Position numbers and translations under genes: made by a program. A stretch of 64,000 nt of DNA. Source: an uncultured bacterium. GTDB lineage: Bacteria; Desulfobacterota_D; UBA1144; Nemesobacterales; UBA2774. The stretch lies in NCBI GenBank assembly GCA_963825135.1, contig CAWGRW010000009.1, positions 448,001-512,000 on the forward strand, read 5' to 3'. This document shows positions 20,436 to 31,062 of the stretch, one piece after another (the stretch's first letter is position 1; every line of letters begins with the position of its first letter). The notes under the pieces are model-generated. The model was not told where the DNA came from. It ran no database searches and worked only from the letters and a program-made list of their open reading frames with translations.

Positions 20436-21545
20436 TTAGTACAGGAAATCCACGAGGCTCCCTATGCGGAGCCATAGTCTCGCGAGCGGGTTTAGTATTA
20501 TGCTCTCGCCCGTGAACACCGCGACACTCACCGACGCCCCTATCCTGAGCTTGTATTTATTTTTGTCGATGTCCGTGATCCTGAGCCGCACCGGAAAACG
20601 CTGGGCGAGCTGCACCCAGTTCTCGGAGTTGTCCACGACCGGGAGCTCTCCCGAGGGGATCCCCTGCCCGGAGCTCACGCCCCAGTCCGTACTCTCGACG
20701 ACCGCATTGAAGATCGTCCCCGGGTAAAGAGCGAGGCTTATCTCCGCCCTCTGCCCGGCCTTGATCCGCCCCACGCTGTTCTCCCTGAAGTTCGCGACGA
20801 CCCGCCAGTTATCGTCGTCCACGAACGTGAGGGCGGGCTCGCCCGTTTTTACATAAGCCCCGACGGTGAGCTGCAGATTGCTGACGTATCCGTCCGTAGG
20901 GGCGTAGTACGTGGCCTGTGAGAGGTTGTACTCTGCGAGCGCGAGATTGGCTTCTACCTCTTTTATTATCGCGTAATCCCCGTCTATCTTGTATTCGAGA
21001 GCCTGCTTTGCCTTCTCAAAATCGGCTTTGGATTGATTCAATTGGGCCTCGGTCGAATTTAGCTGTTCCGTGGCCTTGTCGAATTCGAGCCTGGCTATGT
21101 AATTTTTCTCGACGAGCGGCTCGAGGTCTTTATAGCGCTTCGACGCGTACGCGTGATCGGCCATGGATTTCTTCACAGCCTGATCGGCGGCCGCTATATC
21201 ACTCTTGATCTCGTCTATATTCTGCCTCGTCTGTACGAGCTTCGCTCTCAGCTGCTGGACCTGGTACGCGTAGGGTCTCGGATCGAGGCTGAACAGCTTC
21301 TGCCCCTTATCCGCGTACTCGTTATTCCTTACGTAGACTTCGATTACCTGCCCGTCCACTTGAGGCGCAACCTGAAGCACGTATGCCTGTACATATGCGT
21401 CGCTCGTATAAGGCGTGTACCTGTCGAGAAGGATATAGTAAACGATCAGCAGGGCGATCAGGGAAATGATAAAAATCACCCAGAATTTCGCCGTGTAGGT
21501 CAATTCACCGAGCTTGAATCTGGACGTAATGTCTTTAAGGCTCAT
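20436..21545 (-). CDS. HlyD family membrane-fusion protein (AaeA/YibH-like)
   Basis: N-terminal TM, TSDAYV, APQVDG, coiled coil, NFRE, WVQLAQRFPVR. Confidence 0.9.
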   Translation of the reverse strand: MSLKDITSRFKLGELTYTAKFWVIFIISLIALLIVYYILLDRYTPYTSDAYVQAYVLQVAPQVDGQVIEVYVRNNEYADKGQKLFSLDPRPYAYQVQQLRAKLVQTRQNIDEIKSDIAAADQAVKKSMADHAYASKRYKDLEPLVEKNYIARLEFDKATEQLNSTEAQLNQSKADFEKAKQALEYKIDGDYAIIKEVEANLALAEYNLSQATYYAPTDGYVSNLQLTVGAYVKTGEPALTFVDDDNWRVVANFRENSVGRIKAGQRAEISLALYPGTIFNAVVESTDWGVSSGQGIPSGELPVVDNSENWVQLAQRFPVRLRITDIDKNKYKLRIGASVSVAVFTGESIILNPLARLWLRIGSLVDFLY

Positions 21546-21647
21546 TGAATCATGGCACCGGGAAAAACTCTAAAGACCTTATCGATAAATTGCCGGATGT
21601 GTTATCGGCTCCGCCGTTCGATCCGGGCGGACAGGACCGGCATACCC

Positions 21648-22052
21648 TCACCAGCCCCAGGGACCGCCCGCCCAGCCCCACAAGCCGGGTCCGAACTCGG
21701 CCTGCTCGGCCATCATCGCGGTCTCTTCCTCTTCGTTGACGATGTTGGACTGGTAAACCATCTGCTGGTACCTGTCATAAGCCGCCTGGTCTCCGGTCCA
21801 TATGCATTGACAGTTATTCGGGTCGGTATACCAATATAGTGGCTTGTTGTCCCGTACGCTGAACTGGATCTTGTAAGGGGTAACGGAATTCAGCATGTTC
21901 AGCTGTTCGGGCGTATCGGCCGAGACAATCTGGAACCCCGCGGCGGCCAGCATCTCCTCTGTGCTCTTCGACTGCTCGCCCTGTATCGTAGCGCAGCCCC
22001 CGAATATAACCGCCGCCGCGAATAGCGATAAAGCCAATCCGAACTTAAGCAT
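21648..22052 (-). CDS. Hypothetical lipoprotein
   Basis: Lipobox FGGC, MLAAAGF, CQC motif, GW-rich tail; AGGAG RBS. Confidence 0.75.
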   Translation of the reverse strand: MLKFGLALSLFAAAVIFGGCATIQGEQSKSTEEMLAAAGFQIVSADTPEQLNMLNSVTPYKIQFSVRDNKPLYWYTDPNNCQCIWTGDQAAYDRYQQMVYQSNIVNEEEETAMMAEQAEFGPGLWGWAGGPWGW

Positions 22053-22154
22053 AAAATAACTCCTCCTTTACAATCTCGCCGGATAGCGCGTGTCGGGCCG
22101 CCGGCGGCCAACGTAAAACTAACACCTAAATCAAAATAATTAAATAGCCCGCCG

Positions 22155-23420
22155 TTATTTGGAATTCGTCCTCTTATTGTTCCACTTCACGGCGGTTTCC
22201 AGAGTGAGGCCCTGAACGATAATTGAAAACACCACGACGACATACGTCATGAGCACTACCAGGTCCCGTTGAGGCGAATCGACCAAAGCGAGCGCGAGCG
22301 CTATGGATACCCCTCCCCTTATGCCGCTCCAGGTCATTATAAAACCGGAGAGCGAGGGGATATGTCTGAAGAATTTTAAAAATACGAGCGGCACCTCGAC
22401 GCTTACATACCGGGCCGCAGTGATGAGAGGGATAGCGATTATGCCGCAGATTATATAAGACTTCCTGAGGTGGAGCACGAGCACTTCAAACCCTAGCAGA
22501 ACGAACAGAATTGCGTTCAGGACGTCGTCTATAACCTCCCACAGGCTCTTCACGTAAGACCTCACCTGATCGGCGGAGTGCGGCAGGAACCCTCGCCTCC
22601 TGGCGAGAAAGAGACCCGCCACGACGCATGTCAGCGGGCCGGAGACGTCGAGCAGCTCGGCCAGGATGTATCCCCCCGATACCAGCGAAAGCGTAATGAG
22701 CGCCACGACGATCCTGCCGTCCGGGCTCCGCTTGGTTATCTCGTAGATCATCCTGTGGCTGATAAATCCGAGCACGATACCCAGGGCGAGGCCGCCGAAG
22801 GCTTCTTTTAGGAAAAACTGGGCTATATGAAACGCCGAGACCTGGGTCTCTCCCGAAGCGATTTCGGTGAAGAGGACGAAAAGCACCACCGCTACCGCGT
22901 CGTTAAAGAGGGACTCTCCCGAAATTATCGATTCAAGCGTCTTCCCGGGCTGAACGCGCCTGAAGAGCTTGAGGACGATAATGGCGTCTATGGGAGATAT
23001 AACCGCGCCGAATATCAGCGAGTAGACCAATGGCAGGTTGACGCCCAATGCCCCGAATATCCACCATACGATAACTCCGGTCAGAAAGGTGGCGATGATC
23101 ATTCCCAGCGTCGCCAGATACGCGATAGTCCACCTGTATTCCCCCAATTCGTCGATGTTCACGCTTGAAGCGCCCGCGAAAAGCAAAAAACTCAGCATGC
23201 CGTTCATCAACAGATGGTCGAAGTCGGCCGCGTCCACGATCTTGGCCGCCCATTCCACGCCGTCGACCCCAAGATACCCGAGAGCGATTATGAGGACGGA
23301 GGCTATGAGCGAAGCGAGCATCACCCCTATCGTCGTGGGGAGCCTTATGAACGCCTCATTGATGAAACTGAATAGAGCCGTAATTGTAATTAGTATTGTG
23401 AATATCGCGAATAGATCCAT
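22155..23420 (-). CDS. Na+/H+ antiporter, CPA1 (NhaP family)
   Basis: SPIDAI, ISGESLFNDAVA, WSGIRGGVSIALA; multi-TM. Confidence 0.92.
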   Translation of the reverse strand: MDLFAIFTILITITALFSFINEAFIRLPTTIGVMLASLIASVLIIALGYLGVDGVEWAAKIVDAADFDHLLMNGMLSFLLFAGASSVNIDELGEYRWTIAYLATLGMIIATFLTGVIVWWIFGALGVNLPLVYSLIFGAVISPIDAIIVLKLFRRVQPGKTLESIISGESLFNDAVAVVLFVLFTEIASGETQVSAFHIAQFFLKEAFGGLALGIVLGFISHRMIYEITKRSPDGRIVVALITLSLVSGGYILAELLDVSGPLTCVVAGLFLARRRGFLPHSADQVRSYVKSLWEVIDDVLNAILFVLLGFEVLVLHLRKSYIICGIIAIPLITAARYVSVEVPLVFLKFFRHIPSLSGFIMTWSGIRGGVSIALALALVDSPQRDLVVLMTYVVVVFSIIVQGLTLETAVKWNNKRTNSK

Positions 23421-23526
23421 CGAGTTTAGAGCCCGGACTCCTCTTCCAAATATATCTCGATATTCATCACGCCATTATACAAAGCGGGCCCGGGATTGTC
23501 CAGAAACCCCGCACAAAAGTGCGGAG

Positions 23527-25758
23527 TCACGCTTTCGAGGCCGTGAGACTCATGCCCGCCGGCAGCTCGGATGCGTTAATCTTGTTGATGCATACGGTAA
23601 TTTTATATAGCGAGGAGAGCACCCCGTCGACGCTCGTCGCGATTAGCACGTCCCTTTCCAGATCCTCGAGGGGAAATTGTTTCCAGAAACCCGTCTCGCG
23701 GAATTCCTGCCTGTGGTCCTTAATCCTCGGCATTAGGGCCGCGAGCGGAAGGCTCGTATCCTCGCGCGTCCTGAATTGTCTGGACGCCTCGTCGAACAGG
23801 ACGCAGACCGTCTTGTAATCGGGCGCCAGGTGTTCGAGGTATTTCTTTATCAAATCGTTTTCCATCTCGCCGTAGATAGTTCTTTTCAGAGTCTCGAGCT
23901 CGGCGAATATTACCTCGAGGGCTTCTATTATCTCTATAAACTCCTCCGCGTGCAGCTTGTCGTCGCTGATAATGAACTGGGCGTCAAACAACAGGGACGT
24001 GCTCGTGGGCATTGTCGCGGCGAGCGGGTCTACGAGCGATTCAATCTTCTCCCTCTCCTTCTCGTCCAGCATGAGCAGTTTCCCGAATATGGTCCCGCTG
24101 ATGCCTAGCGCTCTCGATATCTTCTTCTTGAGCTCGTTGTAGGGACTTACCGGCCACACGTTATAGAGCACGAGCAGCCCTATCGCGGAAGCCATTAGAA
24201 GCGCGGAGAACCTCATCATCGCGAGATCGAGGTTAACCGGAGGGCCTGTGCCCGTGAGGAAGACGTACGGGACCATGAGGCCGGCCTGAAGACCTGAGAA
24301 CGCCACTTTCTGACTCCCGCTCGTAACGTACGCGGAAACAAAAAATCCTAGAGAGAAAAGGAGTACAAGTATTAAAAAGTGGGGTATCAGAGCGACTATA
24401 TATAAACCCGCTATGCCGTAGAGGAGCCCCAGCAAGACGCCTATGATCGCGAGCTTCCCTCTCAGGTGCGCCTGCCCGGTATTGGGGATGGAGCCGAACA
24501 GCACTCCGTAGAACGAAGCCTGGAAACCGCCCGGCAGATGGATGACGAGCTCTCCGAACAGAAGCAGCATTATTACCAGGATCGTCTTCAGGGATTGATG
24601 AGCGGTCTCTTCCGTGATATAGAATTTCTTCTTCGCCCGCTCTTTTACCACTTCGGGGGCCCTTGTCACCCTCTCCGCAGCCAGCTTATCGTATCCGTGG
24701 TCGCGAATCACGCCCCAGACGCCGTAAGATTTCCGGAGAAGCGTCACGGTGTCTTCGAGGAGCGGCAGGATCGCGCCGAACGCCAGGAGGTCCTCGAAGT
24801 AGTCCTGGTCTTTTCCCTCGGCCGAATGCATGCTCTCGTAGCGCTCCTTCAAAGCCGCGATTTTATCGTCGAGCCCGCTATCCGCATTCGCCGCGGAACG
24901 GTTTTCTCCCATCGCGGAAGCCATATCCCCGAACCCGTCCGAAAGCGCGCCGAACAGGTCCTTCAGCCTGCCCGTAACATCCTCGTCCTCGAGGCACGGG
25001 TGCTCATCTCCCATGAAACCGCCGATCAGGTCGAGCTTGATATATACGCTCTTTGCGTACGCCACGAGCATCAAAAAAGGGTCCGTCGGAAACCCCTCCC
25101 CTCTCGTCTCATGCCCCGTCCGCCGCACGAGATTGACCAGGTTGGTAAAGGTATCGAGCGTGGAGGACGCGAATTTCAGATTCCCCGTGATTTTCCCTTC
25201 GCAGCGGGCGTAGCTCCCGAAGCGGTCCGAATAATCTTTATACACGGTCGAGAGCGTGAGAAATAATGCTTCCCTGCTCCTCTGGGGCCAGATAATTTCA
25301 TCCACGAGCCACGAGACCGTGACCGCTATAAAGAGCTGAACCATATAGTTCTCGACAGTGATCGTAGTTTGGGAGACCGTGCTGAATATCGCGACGAACA
25401 TCGAAATCGCCGTGAGTATCGCGCTCAGCACGGAGGCAATAGTGTACTTCCCTATAAACGTGATACAGAAAAAAATCCCGATCGACCCGAGGATCAGGTA
25501 AAGCGGCTTCGAATCGAGGAAATAATAGACGATCAGGAGTGAATAAATCCCGCTCAATATGCAGCCGATGAGGGACTGGACGCCGACCTCGAGCGTCTTG
25601 CCGTGATACCCGGTCATTATCATGTAAAGGATGACAGGAGACAGGTAGCTCGAAGGGAGGTGGAAGTAGTTACATATGAGGATGCATATTATCCCTCCAA
25701 GAGTGATTTTAAGCGCGGCTTTGACGCGGAAGACGGCAAGATAATGTTTAAGGTTCAT
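23527..25758 (-). CDS. FUSC/aromatic acid exporter family inner-membrane protein
   Basis: Two 5-6 TM blocks, each ending in IWP/VWP and followed by a helical cytoplasmic domain; HlyD gene nearby. Confidence 0.7.
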   Translation of the reverse strand: MNLKHYLAVFRVKAALKITLGGIICILICNYFHLPSSYLSPVILYMIMTGYHGKTLEVGVQSLIGCILSGIYSLLIVYYFLDSKPLYLILGSIGIFFCITFIGKYTIASVLSAILTAISMFVAIFSTVSQTTITVENYMVQLFIAVTVSWLVDEIIWPQRSREALFLTLSTVYKDYSDRFGSYARCEGKITGNLKFASSTLDTFTNLVNLVRRTGHETRGEGFPTDPFLMLVAYAKSVYIKLDLIGGFMGDEHPCLEDEDVTGRLKDLFGALSDGFGDMASAMGENRSAANADSGLDDKIAALKERYESMHSAEGKDQDYFEDLLAFGAILPLLEDTVTLLRKSYGVWGVIRDHGYDKLAAERVTRAPEVVKERAKKKFYITEETAHQSLKTILVIMLLLFGELVIHLPGGFQASFYGVLFGSIPNTGQAHLRGKLAIIGVLLGLLYGIAGLYIVALIPHFLILVLLFSLGFFVSAYVTSGSQKVAFSGLQAGLMVPYVFLTGTGPPVNLDLAMMRFSALLMASAIGLLVLYNVWPVSPYNELKKKISRALGISGTIFGKLLMLDEKEREKIESLVDPLAATMPTSTSLLFDAQFIISDDKLHAEEFIEIIEALEVIFAELETLKRTIYGEMENDLIKKYLEHLAPDYKTVCVLFDEASRQFRTREDTSLPLAALMPRIKDHRQEFRETGFWKQFPLEDLERDVLIATSVDGVLSSLYKITVCINKINASELPAGMSLTASKA

Positions 25759-25947
25759 CTATAGTCCGGATGCAGCGGAGAATAACTCCACACGCTCATC
25801 GTAGTTCGATTTATCTTGCCCCTGATTATCACACGCACCCTCCGGCCGTGTCAATCCTCGATAAAGTTGACAAACCGCTCGCATTGATGAGATAATGGCA
25901 CTGGACAGGTCTTAATCGAACGATATTTCACCTATACAAGAAATCTT

Positions 25948-26781
25948 ATGATAATACCGGACACGATGACGGGGGCGCGCTTCTCCTCTGGTATTTACTC
26001 ACCGGAGCGTCTCTTCTATTCCTCGTCTATGACCTCGAAACGAATACCCCCGCCCAGTGGGTGATGAAGCTCGCCTGGATACTGATAGTCCTGTACACGG
26101 GTCCCCTCGGGCTTTTCATATACATGCTCTCCTGCCGTGAGCCCCTGCCCGGGACGCACGACGCATTCATCGCGCCCCACTGGAAGCAGTCGGTCGGCTC
26201 TCTCATGCACTGCGTCGCCGGGGACGCGACGGGGATCATACTGGGCGCTATCGTCACGTACCATCTCGCTCTCCCAAACGGCATAGACCTCATCATCGAA
26301 TACGCGGCCGGCTTTCGTCGTGGGGCTCCTGATTTTCCAGGCGCTGTTCATGAAATCCATGGCCGGGGGGAATTACCTCGAAGCCGTAAAAAAGACCTTC
26401 TTCGCCGAGACCGTATCGATGAACTTCGTAATGGTCGGCATGATCCCCGTGATGGCGATATTGAGGATGAAGATACCGGGCGGGGCCGACCCGAAGGGGC
26501 TCATGTTCTGGGGGATATCCTCTATAGCGACGATTGCCGGGGCCATAGCCGCGTATCCGGTAAACTCCTGGCTCGTAGGGAGCGGGCTCAAGCACGGCAT
26601 GATGTCGGCGGTATCGGGGAAAACGTCCATGCAAGGGATGCCCGGCATGCCCGGGCAAGAGCATCACGAACCCCCTCATGTGCCGCTCATGAAAAAACTT
26701 GGCGTGTTTCTCATCTCGGCGGGGTTTCTTCTGGCCGCCGTGTGGGCCACGTCGCTCGTCGTGGAGTTAAAGCTCCGCTAA
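25948..26781 (+). CDS. DUF4396 membrane protein (two apparent frameshifts, about 25978 and 26314)
   Basis: Reassembled: MTGA/LLLWYLLTG...WVMKLAW...HCVAGDATG...EYAAG/FVVGLLIFQALF...AYPVNSWLV..GLKHGMM. Confidence 0.75.
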
Positions 26782-26837
26782 CTTTATCGCTCCCCGCAAA
26801 CATTGTTACGGAGTGAACAGGTGATAGAATTACGCTA

Positions 26838-27488
26838 ATGGTAAGCGGCAAATCCCTCGAAGAGTTAAAATCCGAATATGCGCGCAGGAAAGAGTCGATA
26901 GAAGCGCAGCTAGGCGAGTTCAGGAAGATACGGGATAGCGCGGACGACGGGAGGATTTTCGAAGAGCTCGCGTACTGCATACTTACATCCGCAGTGGGAC
27001 CGAGGGTAGGGCTCAGGTCGCTTGAAGCGATAAGAGACATACTGCCGGACGGGACGGCCGAGGAGCTCGAAAGCAGACTGAAAGGTATCCACAAGTACCC
27101 CGAAAAAGCATATTACATAGTTCACACGCGCGAGTACCTGAAAAAGGAGTACGGCTTTCACCTGCGCACGCTCGTCGATTCATTCGATGACCCCCGGGAA
27201 AGGAGGGACTTCTTCGCTCTCAACAGGGATATAAAGGGGCTCGGCTACACACAGGCGAGCCATTTTCTTAGAAACATCGGCTTCAGCGGTTACGCCATAC
27301 TGGATAAGAACGTCGTAAAATCGCTATACGAGTTAGGCATTATAGATTCCGCGAAGCCGCCCTCGACAGGAAAGAAATACAAGGAGATAGAAGAAAGGAT
27401 GAAGGCCCTGGCTGGAGAGCTCGGGATAGGACTGGACGAGCTCGACATGTTCCTCTGGAGCGTTAAAACGGGCCGGATACCGCTATGA
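26838..27488 (+). CDS. OGG2-family (HhH-GPD) N-glycosylase homolog with atypical active site
   Basis: FEELAYCILT, IKGLGYTQASHFLRNIG, AILD, LDMFLW..KTG. Confidence 0.85.
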   Translation: MVSGKSLEELKSEYARRKESIEAQLGEFRKIRDSADDGRIFEELAYCILTSAVGPRVGLRSLEAIRDILPDGTAEELESRLKGIHKYPEKAYYIVHTREYLKKEYGFHLRTLVDSFDDPRERRDFFALNRDIKGLGYTQASHFLRNIGFSGYAILDKNVVKSLYELGIIDSAKPPSTGKKYKEIEERMKALAGELGIGLDELDMFLWSVKTGRIPL

Positions 27489-27520
27489 CCGTGGAATAAT
27501 CCATTCGGGGAGCGAACCGT

Positions 27521-28189
27521 CTACAATCCAAGCTCGATGAATACTTCCGCGTACTCCATTATCGTCATACCCGAGGTCTCGCCGAAGACCGCCCTGTACC
27601 TGTTGAGTCCCCTCATCCCGTCGGTGTAATCCTTGTAGTCGATCTGGCTCCGGTGGGCGTCAATAGCGGCTGTTTTCAGGTGCATCTGGAGAGAGATGTC
27701 TTCGATCCTGTCGTATGTCCCGAAAGGCGTCCATACCTCGTAGCACCAGACTTTAAGGGAAGGCGGCAGGCCGCCCGCGGGAACGGCTCTCACGGTTTCA
27801 AGCGCTATCGATGACACCGCCCTGTGCGTCGGGTGCTTGTCGATCTCGGGATGGGGCATATAAATCTCTTCGGGCTTGAACCTTATTAATGCCGCGCTCA
27901 GCTCCGACCGGAACTTGCTCTTGTTTTCGTCGCTCTTCACGTCCCCGAGCCCGAGGAGTATAAGGTATTCGATTCCCAGAATACCGACGGCCTCCCTGAC
28001 CTCGGACTCCCTCAGCCGGGCGACCTCGTCCTCGCTGAGGCCGTAAACGCTCGTGCTCCGCCTCCCGTCCGTTACGACCAGTGAGACCACGTTGAGGCCG
28101 CCGTCGATAAGCTTGGCCGCCGTGCCGCCCATTCCTATCTCCAGGTCGTCGGGGTGCGGCGAGATCACGATTACGTTTCTTTCCTGCAT
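27521..28189 (-). CDS. PIG-L/LmbE family deacetylase
   Basis: SPHPDDLEIGMGG, VTDG, RESE, HPTH, HRSQ; start MQERNV. Confidence 0.9.
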   Translation of the reverse strand: MQERNVIVISPHPDDLEIGMGGTAAKLIDGGLNVVSLVVTDGRRSTSVYGLSEDEVARLRESEVREAVGILGIEYLILLGLGDVKSDENKSKFRSELSAALIRFKPEEIYMPHPEIDKHPTHRAVSSIALETVRAVPAGGLPPSLKVWCYEVWTPFGTYDRIEDISLQMHLKTAAIDAHRSQIDYKDYTDGMRGLNRYRAVFGETSGMTIMEYAEVFIELGL

Positions 28190-28259
28190 GGTTTTAGTAT
28201 TCCTTGACAATTCCCTCTTATCAATCACCATTAATTTAACTGAAAGGAGACCGAGGGAT

Positions 28260-29688
28260 ATGGAATACGAGCCCGTTATAGGACTTGAGGTCCACGCGCA
28301 GCTTGAGACTAAATCTAAAATATTTTCGCCGGCGGCTACGGAGTTCGGAGCGCCGCCCAATACGCAGGTAAACCCCATTTGCATCGGAATGCCGGGCGTG
28401 CTTCCGGTGCTTAACAAAAAAGCACTCGAGTACGCCGTGAAGGCCGCGCTCGCGCTCAACTGCGAGATACACGGCCGCTCCCGGTTCGCCCGAAAAAACT
28501 ACTTCTACCCGGACCTGCCCAAGGGGTATCAGATTTCACAGTACGAGGAGCCCTTCTCGACGAACGGCTGGATCGACATAGGCGCGGACGGGGCTGTCAA
28601 AAGGATAAAGATTACGAGGATACACATGGAGGAGGACGCAGGAAAGCTGATACACGAGAATACGGGCAGCTCGAGCTACGTCGATCTCAACCGCGCCGGG
28701 GTACCGCTCATAGAAATCGTGAGCGAGCCAGAAATATCGGACGCCGAAGAGGCGGTTCTATACATGAAAAAGCTCCGCTCCATTCTTAGATATATCGGGG
28801 TCTGCGACGGCAACATGGAGGAAGGGAGCCTTAGGTGCGACGCCAACGTGTCGATCCGCCCTCGAGGGACAAAGACGCTCGGCACGAAAGTCGAGATAAA
28901 GAACGTGAACTCGTTCAGGTTCGTGCAGAAGGCAATCGAGTACGAGATTAAGAGGCAGATTTCGGTCGTCGAGGCGGGTGATAAAGTAGTTCAGGAAACG
29001 AGGCTCTTCGACGCGAATAAGGGCGTCACGTTCTCGATGAGGACAAAGGAAGAGGCCCACGACTACAGGTATTTCCCGGACCCGGACCTCCTGCCGGTGG
29101 CGATCGGGAATGAGAAGATAGAGGAGCTGCGTGCGTCCCTGCCGGAGCTCCCTGACCTGAGGCTCGGGAGGTTCATCGGCGAATACAAACTGCCCGCGTA
29201 CGACGCTGCCGTGCTTACGGCGTCAAAAGAGATCGCCGACTATTTCGAGGAATGCCTCGTCACCTATAATAATCCGAAAGCGGTGAGCAACTGGATAATG
29301 ACCGAAGTCCTCAGGGAGATGAAGGACGAGGACGATTCGGGGGAGATGCCCGTCAGTCCCCGGAGTCTTTCGGAGCTTCTTCAACTTATCGATGACGGGA
29401 CGATAAGCGGGAAGATAGCCAAGGACGTTTTCGCCGATATGGTTTCGAGCGGCAAGTCGGCGAAGCAGATCGTCGGGGAAAAGGGCATAAAGCAGATATC
29501 GGACAGGGGAGAGCTCGAAAACATAATAGCGGATATCTTGAAGAGCCATCCGGGAGAAATCTCGAGATTTAAAGCTGGCGACGAGAAGCTCATCAGGGTT
29601 CTTCGTCGGCAAGGTGATGAAGGCGACTCAGGGTAAGGCGAACCCGAAGGTAGTGAACGAGATATTGACTGAAGAGCTTGCGAAATAA
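28260..29688 (+). CDS. gatB: Asp/Glu-tRNA amidotransferase subunit B (+1 frameshift at about 29595)
   Basis: [36 protein letters not shown]; removing one base gives [27 protein letters not shown], stop at 29688. Confidence 0.96.
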
Positions 29689-29735
29689 TATTCTGTGGCG
29701 GGCTTCCGGCTTTACCAGCCGGTACTGCTGCGGGC

Positions 29736-30860
29736 TCAGACTTTATATTTACTCAACTCGAACATGAGATGTTTCAGGTACTCCGAGCTTGAACCGGCGA
29801 CGCGCTTTTTGATGTCCTTCCATTCCTCTATAGGGATTTCCGTGAACACTTCGACAACCTCGGGATCGAACTGGGAGCCCGAGGCCTCGGTTATCCTCTG
29901 CACGGCGTCCTCGAAAGATATCGCCTTCCTGTAAGTCCTCCGCGAGGTCATCGCGTCGAGCGCGTCCACTACCGAGAATATTCTCGCGCCGAGCGGTATC
30001 CCGTCTCCTGAAAGCCCCGCCGGATACCCCTGCCCGTCGTACCTCTCGTGGTGCGTATGGACTATCCTGGCGGACTCCTCGAGGAAATCTATCTTGTTCA
30101 GCAGCGCGTATCCGAATTCCGCGTGCTTCCTCATGAGATCCCACTCTTCTTCCGTGAGCTTGTCGGGTTTGAGGAGAATATGATCGGGCACGCCTATCTT
30201 TCCGATGTCGTGGAGCAGCGCCCCTTTCGCTATTACCGAAAGCTCCTGATCGCTGAGGTTCATGTGCTTGCCGAGGTTGATCGCGTACTCGGTAACCCTG
30301 TAGGAGTGATAACCCGTTTCATGCTCCCTCAGGTCGAGAGCCAGAATCATAGCTTCGAGAGTGCCCGAATACGCCCTGACCAGCTCCTCCGTCTGCGCTA
30401 TGACCTTCTTCTCGAGATTCTTCTGATAATCCTTATTCGACTTTATGAGATTCGACCTTTCTATGGCACGCCTAATTACGGTATCCACGTCGTTCACGTT
30501 GAAAGGTTTGAAGACGTAATCATACGCCCCTTCCTTCAAGGCGGCCCTTACGTTTTCTATATCACGCGACGCCGATACCATTATGATGGAGAGGTCGGGC
30601 GAGTAGGCTTTCAGCTTTTTAAGGGTCTCAATGCCGTTTAGCTTCGGCATCTGGATATCGAGGAGGACGACGTCGTAGTCCTTCACCCGGTAGAACTTCT
30701 CCAGGCATTCGAGACCGTTCCCGGCGACGTCGCACCTGTAACCGAGCTCTTCGAGAGCCTCGACGAAGAGACTCCTTATCGAGTCCTCGTCGTCCACAAT
30801 GAGGACCTTCTCCCCGGTTATTCTCACAGGATCATATGAGATCTGTTTGGCCATTTCCAT
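29736..30860 (-). CDS. Response regulator with HD-GYP phosphodiesterase domain
   Basis: REC (LIVDDE, LLDIQMP, KPF) plus HSYRV, LHDIGKIG, HHERYDGQGYP. Confidence 0.92.
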   Translation of the reverse strand: MEMAKQISYDPVRITGEKVLIVDDEDSIRSLFVEALEELGYRCDVAGNGLECLEKFYRVKDYDVVLLDIQMPKLNGIETLKKLKAYSPDLSIIMVSASRDIENVRAALKEGAYDYVFKPFNVNDVDTVIRRAIERSNLIKSNKDYQKNLEKKVIAQTEELVRAYSGTLEAMILALDLREHETGYHSYRVTEYAINLGKHMNLSDQELSVIAKGALLHDIGKIGVPDHILLKPDKLTEEEWDLMRKHAEFGYALLNKIDFLEESARIVHTHHERYDGQGYPAGLSGDGIPLGARIFSVVDALDAMTSRRTYRKAISFEDAVQRITEASGSQFDPEVVEVFTEIPIEEWKDIKKRVAGSSSEYLKHLMFELSKYKV

Positions 30861-31062
30861 ATTGACTATTATCCACGAAGCTGCAAATTCTTCCAAGCAG
30901 AGTTTTCGTTCGATTCCCATATACTCCGCTTGCCGAGATTAAACGGGAGGGCATCCACTACCCATCACCCCGATGAGCGCTGCATATAACCCCCTATATC
31001 GTTAAATATACTGTAAAAAAATTGACACTGGCATTTTTAGTATGTATTTTCCAACCGAATTC

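Noticed and set aside
28053..28459. Apparent head-to-head overlap of gatB and the PIG-L deacetylase
   Set aside because: Artefact of longest-ORF starts; likely starts at 28260 (+) and 28189 (-) leave a normal divergent promoter gap
29580..29688. Truncated GatB or programmed frameshift
   Set aside because: No slippery heptamer, and the canonical C-terminus follows in the adjacent frame; best explained as a base-calling insertion
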